This document shows positions 23,714-36,475 of a stretch of 64,000 nucleotides of DNA, in pieces. Every line of letters starts with the position of its first letter. The stretch's first letter is position 1. Source of the stretch: Lepidodermella squamata. Taxonomy: Eukaryota > Animalia > Gastrotricha. The notes beneath the pieces were generated by a model that saw only the letters and a program-made list of their open reading frames with translations, had not been told where the DNA came from and did not search any database. The position numbers and the translations under genes were made by a program. Location: assembly GCA_047495785.1 (NCBI GenBank), contig JBLDXI010000055.1:868001-932000 (forward strand), written 5' to 3'.

Positions 23714-24460
23714 TCAACAGAGGCTCCAGCCATCATGGCCTCGAACAAAAAATGGCTGGATGAATCCCTGGTTCTCAGTAGGATAAAATAGGCAACCTTC
23801 AAACTTCATAATCTTTTCCTCGTCGCTTACAATCAGAACTCGGGATCGAAAGTTCATAAAATCGTCTCGCATGATTTTCAACACGCTATAGGCCAATTTC
23901 CGCAGACAGCGCGGTAACGGTTGGGTTCTAGCCATAGCCGCAAGTTCATCAGCCAGTTCCAATTCGAGTTCCACGGGAGAGAAGTGCTCAGTGATGTCGT
24001 CGAAATTATGCAGCTCTGGTAGCCATTTTTCTTGAAATTTTGCAATATCTGCCAGCATTTCAGCATTCAGATTACTGCTCCGGTAACTTTACTTTTCCAT
24101 CAATCACAGCACAAGCAAAATCGGCATCAAGCCTTAATTTCCGAGTGGTTAGAGCATAGGTCTTTTCGATGAAAAAAATTGAAGAAAAAGCTGGGTGAAC
24201 TACGTGTTTGTATATCGGAAATAGACAGGGACACTTATCGAAATCTAACTCGAGCTCTTTCGACAGCGGACAGCGGGTGACATTGGCGACATCCTGTTGC
24301 GAAGACAATCACGTCAACTTTTGCCGTAGTCCCACCTACGAAAAAGGCCGTTTCGCCAGCAGCTTTCACGAGATTAGGCCGAAGTTTGACAGGGCACTTG
24401 TCGTTTTCCAAAATCCAGAAAGGCTTGCAACGATGCCATGATAAATACACCTCAGGGCAT
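23714..24460 (-). pseudogene. Truncated, frameshifted duplicate of the 3' half of the FMO at 25178-26512
   Basis: Three ORF fragments in different frames (YLSWHRCKPFW, FPIYKHVVHPAF, MLADIAKF) nearly identical to the neighbour; the 5' half is absent. Confidence 0.85.
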
Positions 24461-24563
24461 ATCTTTTATTAGTCTCATTAGTCTGAGTATTCTGACCTGG
24501 ACGCACTGTATAGGAGGGAAAAGACGCGCGCATCTCGATTGGCACGTTGTACATTTTCAAAAT

Positions 24564-24900
24564 AATGGCCAGCAACAGAAATACGGCTTCGGCATCGATC
24601 GAGCCTCGAGCCGCGATTTCGAGATTGGGGATTTGGGATTATTTATTTATGAGCGTTAATGGATTAGATATTATGCTAAATCGACACTTCGTTAATGTGA
24701 TTGCTGTGCTTACCGAGGGAAGAGCAACAGTCTGGGTTGTAATCTTTGTCAAATTGGCAGAAGAAGTCGGGGAAGGAAAAGGCTGAACTATTTTCGCCTC
24801 GCAACAAGACACCTTGGTGATCATATCCTTCGGTACCTGGCCGTGAGATTCCCTCAGTATCGGAAGATCCAACAAGGATCTCAATAAAACAAGGAGAGCG
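24564..24900 (+). pseudogene. Deleted and frameshifted duplicate of orphan gene 26785-27387
   Basis: Shares N.YGFGIDR, NRHFVNVIAV, ATVWV.IFV.LAEEVGE and EDP..IK segments, with an internal deletion and frameshifts. Confidence 0.75.
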
Positions 24901-25177
24901 CAATTCCCTAGCAAATCTCTGAATGTTTTAGTAGTAATATTGTTTTGCATCGACTGAAAAAATGGTCAACGCCAACTTGTTCCAATTAGGGTTATTTTTC
25001 ATCTCTATCTCAAAGATCAGATTACTAAACTGTCAAATCGAAAATTGACTCTTGCCGGCGGAACGGAATACTCGCATTCGAGGTATGATAATGCTACTAT
25101 TCATATTCATACTATTCAAGTCGAGTCAAATAGGTTGAAAAAACAAAACAAGCGGCTATATTCAATTTATTCAATTT

Positions 25178-26512
25178 TTAGTTCTCTACCGGAACAAACG
25201 GACAACCGTCGCATTTCATCAGCTTTTCCTCGTCATGTTCAATTTGAACGTAGGATTGAAAGTTCATAAAATCGTCACGCATGATTTTCAACAGGCCATA
25301 CACCAATTTCCGCATACAACGCGGTAGAGGCTGGGTTTTTGTCATAGCTGCAAGTTCGTCAGCCAGTTCCAATTCAAGCTCCACAATAGGGAAATACTTC
25401 GTTACGTCAACTTCAGCAACTTTCGGCAGCTCTGGTAACCATTTTTCGTGAAACCTAGCAATATCTGCCAGCATTTCGGATTGATTCGGTAACTTGATAG
25501 ACCCGTCAATCACATCGCAAGCAAAATCGGCATCAAGCCTCAGTTTACGAGTTGTAAATGCAAAGGCTTTTCCAATGAAGAATATCGAAGTAAAAGCTGG
25601 ATGAACAACGTGTTTGTAAATCGGAAAGAGACATGGGCATTTATCGAAATCCAACTCGAGCTCTTTCGACAGCGGATGACACTGTCGATACCCTGTTGCG
25701 AAGACAATTGCGTCAACATTTGCCGTAGTCCCATCTACAAAGAACGCCGTTTCGCCAACAGCCTTGACAAGGTTCGGCCGAAGTTTAACAGGGCATTTGT
25801 CGTTTTCCGAAATCCAGAATGGCTTGCAACGATGCCAGGATAAATACACCTCAGGGCAGAGCTTTGCCAAATTTGAAGTTATATCCATAGCACCAAATGA
25901 GGTGCCAACAATTAGCACCCTCTTGCCTGAGAGTGAAGCCGGCTCGTGAAGTTCTTGAAAATGTGAAATCGATCCAGAAAATCGCTTTATGTCAAATTCG
26001 GGTGGTATGAAAGGCTTGCGATGCTGCCCACAGCAGAAGAAAACGTAGTTGAATGGCTCGGCCTGAACCTCACCGGTCGCAAGATTTTTGAACTCAACCA
26101 TCGGCGTTTCATGGTCAGCTGGGTTTCGATAAACGTTCTTCACCAGGGTGGAGAACCGGATATATTGCAAGAGATTGAATTTCAGCGCGAATTCTTGCAG
26201 ATATCGAAGATGTTCATAATGCATAAGGAATGTTCTGTTGGTAATGTGTTCGGGCATTGGAAAGTCCGGATGTATCTCCATATTAAATCGATAGGTATTT
26301 GCCTGCAAGCCATGGTACATGCTGCTTTTGATCGGAAAGCCTTCGCTCGATGTGTCTGGCTTTTCGACGCTCGGTATCCATTCGCCGCCAGCCTGATCAG
26401 AACCTTCGAAACAAACAACTTCAAGGTCAGGAAAGATCGGGAGAAGCCGCTTTTGAATAGTGTACAAGGCGACCAAACCGGCAGGTCCAGCTCCAATCAC
26501 AGCTATTCTCAT
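25178..26512 (-). CDS. Class B flavin-containing monooxygenase (FMO-like), intronless
   Basis: GAGPAG FAD motif, GGEW, SSMY.GL..N, FSGSISH (FMO motif), second Rossmann region LIVGTSFGA, FATGY, PIYKHVVHP. Confidence 0.9.
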   Translation of the reverse strand: MRIAVIGAGPAGLVALYTIQKRLLPIFPDLEVVCFEGSDQAGGEWIPSVEKPDTSSEGFPIKSSMYHGLQANTYRFNMEIHPDFPMPEHITNRTFLMHYEHLRYLQEFALKFNLLQYIRFSTLVKNVYRNPADHETPMVEFKNLATGEVQAEPFNYVFFCCGQHRKPFIPPEFDIKRFSGSISHFQELHEPASLSGKRVLIVGTSFGAMDITSNLAKLCPEVYLSWHRCKPFWISENDKCPVKLRPNLVKAVGETAFFVDGTTANVDAIVFATGYRQCHPLSKELELDFDKCPCLFPIYKHVVHPAFTSIFFIGKAFAFTTRKLRLDADFACDVIDGSIKLPNQSEMLADIARFHEKWLPELPKVAEVDVTKYFPIVELELELADELAAMTKTQPLPRCMRKLVYGLLKIMRDDFMNFQSYVQIEHDEEKLMKCDGCPFVPVEN

Positions 26513-26784
26513 ATTGATGCTCTAAATATGAAGACGTAAACAGTAGAAAAAGAAGGAAGGGATGCAACAAATTTTACTATCTATACTGGGAATCCGAACG
26601 CGTGGCAAAATTTGTTCAAACACGTGGCCTCGCAAAAATCAAGCGATGTTTTTGTTGTAACGAAAATGGGTCACGTGATGGCACAAAGATAATTAGCTAA
26701 TTATTGATGCAACAATATGCAAGTCTTGTTTCCCATTTCCCATCGAATTCATTTCCGAAATTTTATTGGCTATTTTCATAAAGC

Positions 26785-27387
26785 ATGGCCGGCAACGGAA
26801 ATTACGGCTACGGCATCGATCGGACTTCGATTTCGGGCTGTATTCATTGGCAAATCCTTCTGCAGACAAATGACAGTCAAATACTTAACCGAAACTTTGT
26901 CAACGTCATTGCTGTTGTTACCAAGGGCAGAATGGAATCTCAAGAACTACAACGGCAAATCGCTAGATCGTGCGTGACAAACAGCCATTTCAGCACGCAA
27001 GCAATCGTTCGCCGACGAATTGAGAATTGCGATATTTTTATCGAAGAAAAATTCGCCGATCAGCTGGAAATCATGTCGTTCCGATTACTATCAACATCGA
27101 GTAAAATGCCGAAGACCACCGAAGAGAACGCAACAGTCTGGGTGGCAATCTTTGTCAGCTTGGCAGAAGAAGTTGGGGAAGCAAAAATTGAACTGAAGGG
27201 CATTTTCGCCTCGAAACAAGACGCCTTAGACTGTATATCTTCGATCCCTAAATTTGAGAATCTTCCAGTTTCGGAAGATCCATTCTCAATAAAACGAGAT
27301 GAGATCAATTCTGGCGGCTTTATCTTGTTTGAACGCCATCTCAATGTCATCTCACCAACAATAAAGCTGGAAAAGGTTGCCTGTTAA
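26785..27387 (+). CDS. Orphan intronless protein (200 aa), family member 1
   Basis: Clean ORF; colinear similarity to 27656-28201 (NF..VI.V.T.G, G.F.S, EDP..IK, GGFILFER.LN) supports coding status. Confidence 0.75.
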   Translation: MAGNGNYGYGIDRTSISGCIHWQILLQTNDSQILNRNFVNVIAVVTKGRMESQELQRQIARSCVTNSHFSTQAIVRRRIENCDIFIEEKFADQLEIMSFRLLSTSSKMPKTTEENATVWVAIFVSLAEEVGEAKIELKGIFASKQDALDCISSIPKFENLPVSEDPFSIKRDEINSGGFILFERHLNVISPTIKLEKVAC

Positions 27388-27655
27388 TGTTTCTGGTGCT
27401 CTCATTACTTCTCATTTTTATTTCGCAAAAATACTATAATCGAATTTATCTAATTGAAAGTTTTCTTCTATGATACGTGATGTGCTTTATCCGACCATTA
27501 ATAAACAGATGCTATACACATCTTGAGCCTCGTAAATGTCCCACGATAATCTGAAACTATGCATTTACAACCAACGCAGCTGTTACCTGAATTTCCATGA
27601 TTAAAAAATTCACAGGTGGTCCTGCTTTCAGCCCAGAAATTCGTTTCAGCTCGCG

Positions 27656-28201
27656 ATGTCTGGGCTAAATAGCAACAGCAAGCCATGGTATATTCTAGTC
27701 CAGTGGCATGATTTCAGACGCGAAAATTTCGCCAAGGTCATCAGCGTTATCACGACAGGCCTGGACGATGCCCTGGAAAAGCAGTTGCAGGTAGCTAAGA
27801 CTTACCTAATCACCAGCTGGATGATTCGTTCAAACCGTATACCGGCCATAGTTCGCAATGGCTGCGATCTGTACATCGACCCATCAAACGATCTGACCCC
27901 TCAGCAGATGAAATTTTCAATTTTTGAAGTCGAACCGCACGACATGACGGCTGATAAAATCTGTGTAGCACTTTTCGTGAAATGGAACGGCCTTGGAGGG
28001 ACGAATATTTGCAAGGTTGCCGGGGTTTTCGACTCGCTAACTCAAGCGAAGGAGACCATCATTGCTAAATACGATGCTGTTACTTCAGCGCTGATATTTG
28101 TGGAAGATCCCCGAGCTATTAAACATGGCGCCCATCACGAGGGTGGGTTCATTTTATTTGAGCGACGCCTCAACGAAATGGTACCGCATGTTAAACATTG
28201 A
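27656..28201 (+). CDS. Orphan intronless protein (181 aa), family member 2
   Basis: Paralogous to 26785-27387; AATAAA immediately after the stop. Confidence 0.75.
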   Translation: MSGLNSNSKPWYILVQWHDFRRENFAKVISVITTGLDDALEKQLQVAKTYLITSWMIRSNRIPAIVRNGCDLYIDPSNDLTPQQMKFSIFEVEPHDMTADKICVALFVKWNGLGGTNICKVAGVFDSLTQAKETIIAKYDAVTSALIFVEDPRAIKHGAHHEGGFILFERRLNEMVPHVKH

Positions 28202-28237
28202 ATTTGAAATAAATTTCACGAGCAGAACGGAGCGTAA

Positions 28238-29321
28238 TTATTCAAGATTTTTTAGCGGAATTTTATGACCATTTTCAGCTAGCCATTCGTCGAAATTAGC
28301 TGGTTTGAAGTTCAACCTGGCCTGCAAATCATCAACACTTCGAGCGGCCATGTATTTGCCGTGAAAATCGTGGCAAAATTGAAACATGTTTCCAAGGAAT
28401 TGGAACATGTTGATCAAGTCTTCGGAGCCACTGGCGGCGCCGTAATTCCGATATTCGTCCCATGAAACGGCTTTGTAGACAATTTTCTGTTGCAGTGCTT
28501 CCGACATTTTCTCTGCCATCTCTTCTCCAGTTAGATGGCCGCCAGCCACTCCAATGCGTTTTCCCTTGGTTTCAGTAGGGTGCTTAAAAATTGAAAGAGC
28601 AACTTTCCCGATATCTTCAGCAGCGACTCCAGACATAGGCCGATCGCCGAGAGGAAGACTCAGGCACAGCCTGCCATCAGGTTCTCTTTTCGGGCCAAAT
28701 CCGAAGTTGATGAAGTTTTCCCAATAAAACGAAGGTAGCAGATAAGTTGCTGGTAGGTCGGCAAACAGAGCATCAGCTTCACCCTTAGCATCAAATTGGG
28801 GAACATTGAACCGTTCCTGTAAAATTGGCATTCGTTCCCCAATTGTTATGAATTGCCGGGTATCTTCAGATGTCGACCAGATGACGTGCTTCAAATCTGA
28901 TTTCCTAAAAAAAAAGGAATTAGGATTCGAGTCGGTTTTATAACCTGGAGATACTTTGCAGCATTAGCCAGATTCCTAGCTTGTTGGAGCTCTTTTTGCC
29001 CATTCCAATGGTTCCAGAAAAACGTGACAAAATAAGCCCCATAAGCGCCTTGCAGAGCTTTAGCTACTGATTGCTCATCGTCGATGTCAGCCTGTACAAC
29101 TTCAGCTCCTAATTCTTCGAGAATTTTACTCTGTCCAAAGGTGAACAAATGTGAGACCGATTTAGCGGAAAATTATATGGTAAAACCTTGGCAGAGTTGA
29201 TATCCCGGGTGATGGCGCGGGCTCTGAATTCTCCGGAGATATCATTGAGGATTTCCCGTACAAGGCCGCCTCCTTGGGCACCCGTGGCGCCGAAAACAGC
29301 TATTATCTTTTTATCATGCAT
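28238..29321 (-). CDS. NmrA/HSCARG-like protein, copy 2 (introns 29131-29186, 28905-28954)
   Basis: VFGATGAQGG, HVIWSTSEDTR, VPQFDAKGEAD; splicing joins three ORF-track fragments. Confidence 0.9.
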
Positions 29322-29492
29322 GAGAAAGTGTTAAAGAGGCAAATTTAGAAAAATTCGAAAAAATATTCAAGCCAGCTTCTCGTGCTTTACTACATTCGCG
29401 TGCCTTAGTACTTCTTTAATTTATCGATGGAATATTTTGTTTTCTTTGTTGATTTGGATCGCCAACTTCTTCATCCTTCATCGGGATTCTTC

Positions 29493-30811
29493 CTAACTCT
29501 CCAAATAGTCTCCGCCAGCAGGAATCTCAGCGTAATTTGGAACCAATCGGCAGTGTCTGTAATTGATCACGTCGTATTTGATTGTTCTCATCCAGTTGTA
29601 AAACAGAGGCTTAATGTAGGGCGCAGCTTTCTCCTCTCCTGTCATCGCAGCTAACTGATCGATCAACTCCATCTCGAGTTCCCATTGCGGGAAATAAACA
29701 GTCATGTCGCTTATCTGACGCATTTCTTCCAGCCACTTCTTTTGGAAAGTTGTGATGTCGTTCTCCATTTCTATTCGCCCAGGTAGTTCAATCCTTCCGG
29801 TAATAATTGCACAAGAAAAAGCAGCTTGAAATCGCATTGGACCAATTATGTCACAATAGGAATTGCCGATGAAAAACAACGAAGTGCAAGCAGGATGAAC
29901 AACGTGGTGTAGTAGAGCGGAAATAAAAACCGGCTGTCATCAAAGTTCAAAAGTAGGTCATCTGGCAGGGGGTCATATCGGTGGAATCCCGTTGCGTACA
30001 ATAGAACGTCAATTTCGCAAGTGGAACCATCCGCAAAATGCGCAGTATTTCCGGTCGCTTTCACAAAATTTTGTTTCAGGATAACTTTTCGGCCCAATGC
30101 TTGTTCGTTGTACCAAAATGGCTTTTCCTTGTGCCAAGACAAGTAAAGCTGACTTGCTTTTCCGATTGCAGTGATTGCCATGTCGAGTGCTCCGAAACCT
30201 ATCCCGATAATCAGAACGCGCTTATTCGCTAGACGATCAGGGTCGCGCAAATCGTGGTAATGAAAACGCTCGCCGGTAAATTCCGAATAGTCACATTCGG
30301 GTGGGAAATAGGGACGGCGATGCTGGCCATTACAGAGTAGAACATGATCGAAATCGTCCACCTCAATGCTCCCACTAGTAGTGTTTTTCAAGGTCAATCG
30401 CAGTCGAGTTTGGCCAGGGTCAATTCGTTCGATTTTCATTACCAAAGTTGAAAATCTTACAAAACGCTCAAGTTGGAATGTTTTAGCGAACGCTTTAAGA
30501 TAGGCAAGAAAGTCTTCTCTCATAGGAAATGCAGGTGTGTCATCAGGCCATGGAAAATCGGGGTGGATCTGTGTGAACAGTTTCACGTTGTTCGATTGAA
30601 GTCCGCGATACATGCTGCCGTGGAGTGAGAAACCAAACTCGGCCCCAGGGTCCAGTTCGCCAGGGCTTGGAATCACCCATTCGCCGCCAATTCGGTTGCT
30701 TCCTTCGAAAGCTACAACTTCGAAATTTGACGAGCCGATTGCTTTTTGAAGCGTGTATAGGCTGATTAGACCGGCAGGTCCAGCACCGATAACTGCAATT
30801 CTTTTATTCAT
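29493..30811 (-). pseudogene. FMO-like gene with a single frameshift at ~29907
   Basis: All FMO motifs present. Two extra nt between PLYY and HVVHP shift the frame (paralogues read P(L/I)YKHVVHP). Could be an assembly error. Confidence 0.75.
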
Positions 30812-31215
30812 TAATTATTAGATAATCCGAATTTTCCGAAATTTCGCCGACGCTGTGATAGAGAACAACACCATGATATAAACATCGGTAAACAAAATGT
30901 CATAGGGATCAAAATCCGTACTGTATACTCTGTACTAAAAACTATAATCTGTTAGGCTCGGCCATAGAGCTAGGTTTAAGATAGAGGTTTGATGAATCAG
31001 ATCGGATGGAAAAGTAAATAAATCAAGTGATTTTCGATTGCACATTATTCTTGAACGATTAATCACAATCAATAATTTCCGGCGGCTCGAGATATCTCAT
31101 GAAACGAAAATGAAATTGATCAATTAATAAAACATGGCAACTCCAATATAAGACAGCTAAATAGAAGCGCGTTAATGTGCCACAAAAATCTGATCAAGCT
31201 CTACATGGACGCAAC

Positions 31216-32046
31216 TTTTTTCCGCAGCAAATAACTTCTTTTCGCAGTAAAATATTTTTCCCGTAGTAAAGACTTTTTTCTCGCAGTATAATTTTAAATT
31301 ACGCAAATTGCCTTGCAAATTTCGCCAAAAGATTTATAGTTCAAAACTGAGTAGGAAAATATATCGCTGTTGTTCAAGGGTCAAAAGTCACAATGTTTTG
31401 ATCGAATTATACGAATAAGAGCTAATAATTTATGTCATACTCTACAAAAAGTTGAAAGGACGTTTGGGAATTGGTTATTGCTGTATATAATTATTTTCTA
31501 TTTCTGCCTAAGCCCCTTGAAACGGTTGTCTAGAATCGCTCAAAACGCCGTCGACTCATAAGCCAGGGATGTCTTGCTTAACTATAGTTCAAATAGCTCT
31601 TCCCAGGAACGTTCACTTGGATACCTTTTTAGCTTAAAAGTATTGAATACTTTTTCCCTCCTGGGAGTCGGCGAAAACCTCCCATTTTTTATTCAGGCGA
31701 AAAGAATTTTTTCATCGGAAGTTTAGATTACATTCTGGTCAAATGTTATGCATTAAGATGTAATGAGTAGTCAATCAAAGTAGTGAAATCAGTAGTGAAA
31801 TCAAATAACCATCGACAAGGCAGCCCGAGTCACAGGTCGCGTGCGAGAACAAGGAAAACGCTATAAGCCTGTCGGAATGAGACATTTTCTGTTTCAATTT
31901 TGTGAAAGGAATCGTTTAAAAAAATGTGCTACAAAATATGCGCTAATTTAGATTATACTGCGAGAAAAAGTCGATTTGCTGCAGAGAAAAGTCCAGACTG
32001 CGCGAAAAAGTGTATTACTGCGAAAAGAAGATATTTACTGCGGGGT
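31216..32046. repeat. Degenerate long inverted repeat built of short TTTTCGCAGTA-like units; probable old foldback/MULE-type element
   Basis: TTTTCTCGCAGTATAATTTTAAATTA (~31275-31301) is inverted relative to TAATTTAGATTATACTGCGAGAAAA (~31944-31968). Ends and TSD not resolved. Confidence 0.45.
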
Positions 32047-32497
32047 AAAGTTTTTAAAGCTCTGAAAATTTCGAAAAAATACGGAAAAAATTTGGAAGTA
32101 ATCGTTGTGTTCACCATTCAAAGTGCTATCTGGTCCCACCGAATTTTCGATTATGCGAGCAATCGCGACCGTGAAATGTCGGGGATAATAAAATCGCCTG
32201 ATTTGTTTACTTTTCCAACCACTCGATGGCGCCCATAGCTTTGGTCAGAAGGAGAAACTTCAATTTTAAAATAGCTCTATGGGTTCGGCTGCTTCTTCTA
32301 TATCATACGACGGCTTGAATGGTTATATTTGTCCTCAACAGGGCTCCGTAAAGCTCAACGTGATAAGAAGAGATAAAAAGTTGCAACCATAAACTTGTGG
32401 TTTTATTCTACAAGCCACATACATTTTCTTCACCAGAAAATTAATAGGTCCAGTGAAAGCATAGATAATAGCGGCATACATAGCAGATTGCTCTTTT

Positions 32498-33552
32498 TTA
32501 GGCTACTGGAATTTTATCTTTGTTAGTAGCCAGCCACTTATCAAAATTACTCGGTTCGAACTTCAAGTCGTTGCGCAAAGTGTCAAGGCTGCGAGCGGCG
32601 ATGAATTGATCGGCACAATCGTGGTAGAACTGAAACATGTTGGCAGCGTCATCAACGCCTGGAAAACCGAAACCGCGATAGGCTTCCCACGAGACCTCGT
32701 TGTAGTGGATTTCATTGCCAAGAGCCTTGGACAGTTTCTCAGCGAGCTGAGCACCTGTCAAATTCTCGCCAGTAACTCCGATCCGCCTGCCAATGGTTTC
32801 GGGGTGCTTGAAAATGGCGTAAGCAGCGTTGCCGATGTCTTCAACAGCTACTCCAGACAGTGGCCGCTTTCCAAGAGGCATAGTAATGTACAACTTGCCA
32901 TCAGGGCCTTTCTTCGGGCCAGTGCCAGTCGCGGCGTTGGTGAAGTTATCCCAATAGAAAGCCGTCAACAGGTAGGTGGTCGGGAGGTCGGCGAAATACT
33001 TATCAGCCTCGCCTTTGCCATCGAAATGGGGAACGTTGTACTTTCCGTGCAGGGTTGGCATTGTGGTGCCTAGAGGTACGAGCTTGCGGGTATCCTCCAG
33101 AGTTGACCAGATGACGTGCTTCACACCGGCTTGTCTAATGATGATTAATGATTTAGAAGGATGTTGTTGATAATTAAGCGACTCACTTGGCAGCACTAGC
33201 CAGAGTTTTAGCCTGCTCCATCTCCTTCTCTGGGCTGAAATGTTCCCAGAAGAAGGTGACGAAAAAGGCGCCGTAGGCTCCCTGCAAGGCTTTGACAACA
33301 GACTCCTCATCATTAATATCAGCCTGGACGACCTCGGCGCCGGAACTCTTCAGAGCTTTACTCTGAAATGGAAATGCATGAGAAATAGTTTGAAGGAAAC
33401 AAGGCCAAAATTCGAACCTTTTCCGAGTTGACGTCGCGAGTGATAGCACGGGCAGCGAATTGGCCAGAGGCGTCGTTGAGAATGGCTCGAACTAGAGCGC
33501 CTCCTTGAGCTCCGGTAGCTCCGACTACAGCGATGATTTTCTTAGCTGACAT
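32498..33552 (-). CDS. NmrA/HSCARG-like protein, copy 3 (introns 33363-33417, 33135-33186)
   Basis: VVGATGAQGG, WSTLEDTR, VPHFDGKGEAD, GFPGVDDAANMF. Confidence 0.92.
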
Positions 33553-34600
33553 GTTATCAAAACCGCAAACAAATTAACAGTGGAATAGAATTCTAGAATG
33601 CAAAACACGCTTCTGACGGATCAGTGGATTATTAGCGTGCTTTTATACACGTGCTAAGCGGGATATGAGGTTGAAAAAAATTGACCGACTCTTGGCTAAT
33701 AGTAGCCAGCTTACAGACACTGCATTGATATCCTAGTCCAAAGCGTCATGGTTTTTTTCCTTTGTTTTTGACCCTGGGACTACAATATATACTGGATTAA
33801 TATTATGCAGGATTGCCTTATCGCCGGTTTCATTTCCAGAATACAGGGTTCTAGGATTTGCAGTGTCAAAGTCCAACTATTTTTTACAGAGGGGTCGGGC
33901 GGTCTTTGGCACAGGCTGAGTAGCGGTGGTAGCGACTGCAATGTTGTTTAGCACAGTAGTTGCAAACAGCAAATGGGTCTTTATAACTGTTCCGGTTTTG
34001 AATAGGACAAAGGAAAGCGAAGAAAGGTCATCATCTACCCCACTGTCGAAGATTCTGCTTTTTGTTTAAAATGGATCATTCCAATCGAGTTGACACCATT
34101 CCTCTTTTTCAAATAGCGGAGCCAATTCCGCTAATTGGAGATCAGGAACAATTTTTATCGCGAAATCCTTTTCGCCGGTTTGCTTTCTTTTGTCTTGTTT
34201 CTTGGCCTATCATGATGCGCAGTAAAAATGTGATATAATCTCTGAAAACGCCGTCTGTCATATTTACATAAAATAATGATATAGGAACCTGAATGTATAT
34301 CAGTTATAGGGGAGTGTATATAACAGGTGGTTTTATCAGCGTCGTAAATTTAAGGCGGGACGTTGTTGAAGTGACTCCAGGACTCGCCGGAGATATGGCG
34401 AACACGCACGAACGCCAGCTCGATATTAGGTATAACGGCTAGCCAAAACCTGGAACGTCATTATCGAAACCTACTAGCAGGGGTGGAGGAGGGCACGCAG
34501 CCATAGGATCGTAAAAACGAGGAAAACGGGTAACGAAAACAATTCACGGCAGCAGAAACATGCATCAAGAACTCGCGGCATGTCGCCACCCCGCCACCTA

Positions 34601-34755
34601 CAGGGTGGCCAAAAAATTCTGCAGAAGGCGAATTTGATGCGCATCAGTTTAATGAGGAGTTCCCATTGGCAAAAGAATGCTTCAAATTTTTCAACTTCTT
34701 AACACTCCTCATTAAATTGATGCGCATCGAATTGCAGAATTTGTTGGCCACCCTG
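34601..34755. mobile_element. Tc1/mariner-type palindromic MITE (155 bp)
   Basis: TA-CAGGGTGGCCAA...TTGGCCACCCTG-TA; arms are inverted over most of the length. Confidence 0.8.
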
Positions 34756-35416
34756 TAGGCATCAGGTGGGATCGATTATCCTCCTCATCGGTGACGATTT
34801 TGACTGGTAATTTCGATGTTTCAAAGTTGGGTGAGTACTCTTTGTCTCGAAAAGTGGTTTTATGCGGAGATGTTAGCGCGGAGCGGAATTACCCTCAGCG
34901 CCTAGCAAACCCGGCTGAATGAGTGCCGTTTCGGCGTGTTGCGTTACCGCTGCTCCGATTTTTTATTACCCGCGCTTCATCTTCATCCGCCTGGCGCACC
35001 TTTTCCGCCTCGGATTTCGGGCATCCTCATCGATAATATGCGCCGGCGTATCAACCGCGTCGCTTAGCACTTGACATTTCAGGCATTTCGGACACCTCGT
35101 GACCTTATTTCACAATTGCTGCACTCAAGCTGTGTATTGAATCCCAAAAGTGCACCCCCAAAATTAACCTGTAAAATAAATTAGTGATGAGCGATTTCGA
35201 GCCGTTAGGTACATAACGCCAAAAACGCTGCCAACCTCAATCCAGTGGATCATCCGTAAATGGCTCCGTAAAGCGGATATGATAAAAAGATGATACAAGA
35301 AGTTGCGACACTAAACTTTATTTTACAAAGCCACGTGCATTCGATTACCAAAAAACATTAATTAGTTGAGTGACTGCTTAAATAATAGAGGCCTAAATAA
35401 TAGAATGTTGGTCTTT

Positions 35417-36475
35417 TCAAGCGTCGAGTGGAATTTTGTCCTTGTTCTTAGCCAGCCACTTGTCGAAATTGTTCGGTTCAAACTTCAAGTCTTTGCGCAG
35501 AGTGTCAATGTTACGAGCAGCGATGAACTGATCGGCACAGTCATGGTAGAACTGGAACATGTTGCCCAAGTCGTCAGCACCGGGAAAACCGAACTTACGA
35601 TAGGCATCCCATGAGACCTCGTTGTAGTGGATTTCTTTGCCAAGAGCCTTCGACAGTTTCTCAGCCAGCTGGGCGCCCGTCAAATGCTCGCCGGCAACTC
35701 CGATCCGCCTGCCGATGGTTTCGGGGTGTTTGAAAATGGCGAAAGCAGCGTTGCCGATGTCTTCAACAGCGACCCCAGACATTGGCCGCTTGCCAAGAGG
35801 CAGAGTAACGTACAACTTGCCATCAGGGCCTTTCTTCGGGCCGAGGCCAAGGCCGATGAAGTTATCCCAATAGAAAGTGGTCAAGAGGTAGGTGGTGGGA
35901 AGGGCGGCGAAATATTGATCAGCCTCGCCTTTCCCATCGAAATGGGGAACGTTGTACTTTCCGTGCAGGGTTGGCATTGTGGTGCCCAGAGGCACGAACT
36001 TGCGGGTATCCTCCAGAGTTGACCAGATCACGTGCTTGATGCCGGCTTTTCTAATGAAAATATTGTTATAAAAAGACGATTGATAATTAAGCAAACGGCA
36101 ACTCACTTGGCAGCGCTAGCCAGGGTTTTAGCTTGCTCGATCTCCTTCTCCGCGCTGAAATGGTCCCAGAAAAAGGTGACAAAATAGGCGCCGTAGGCTC
36201 CTTGCAAGGCTTTGACGAGAGATTCCTCATTGTTGATGTCAGCCTGGACGACCTCGGCGCCAGAGCTCTTCAAAGCTTTGCTCTATAATAGGAATAGATG
36301 TTAAGTAGCTTCAAGACAATTTTCAGGTTAAAACTATTACCTTGTCAGAGTTGATGTCGCGAGTGATAGCACGAGCAGCGAATTGACCAGAGGCGTCGTT
36401 GAGAATGGCTCGAACTAGAGCGCCACCTTGAGCTCCGGTAGCTCCGACTACAGCGATGATTTTCTTAGCAGACAT
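35417..36475 (-). CDS. NmrA/HSCARG-like protein, copy 4; recent tandem duplicate of copy 3 (introns 36283-36340, 36051-36106)
   Basis: Near-identical exons to copy 3; flanking noncoding DNA is also alignable. Confidence 0.92.

Noticed and set aside
33850-35200. GC-richer spacer between NmrA copies 3 and 4, possibly a decayed gene
   Set aside because: No sustained ORF or recognisable motif apart from the mariner-type MITE.
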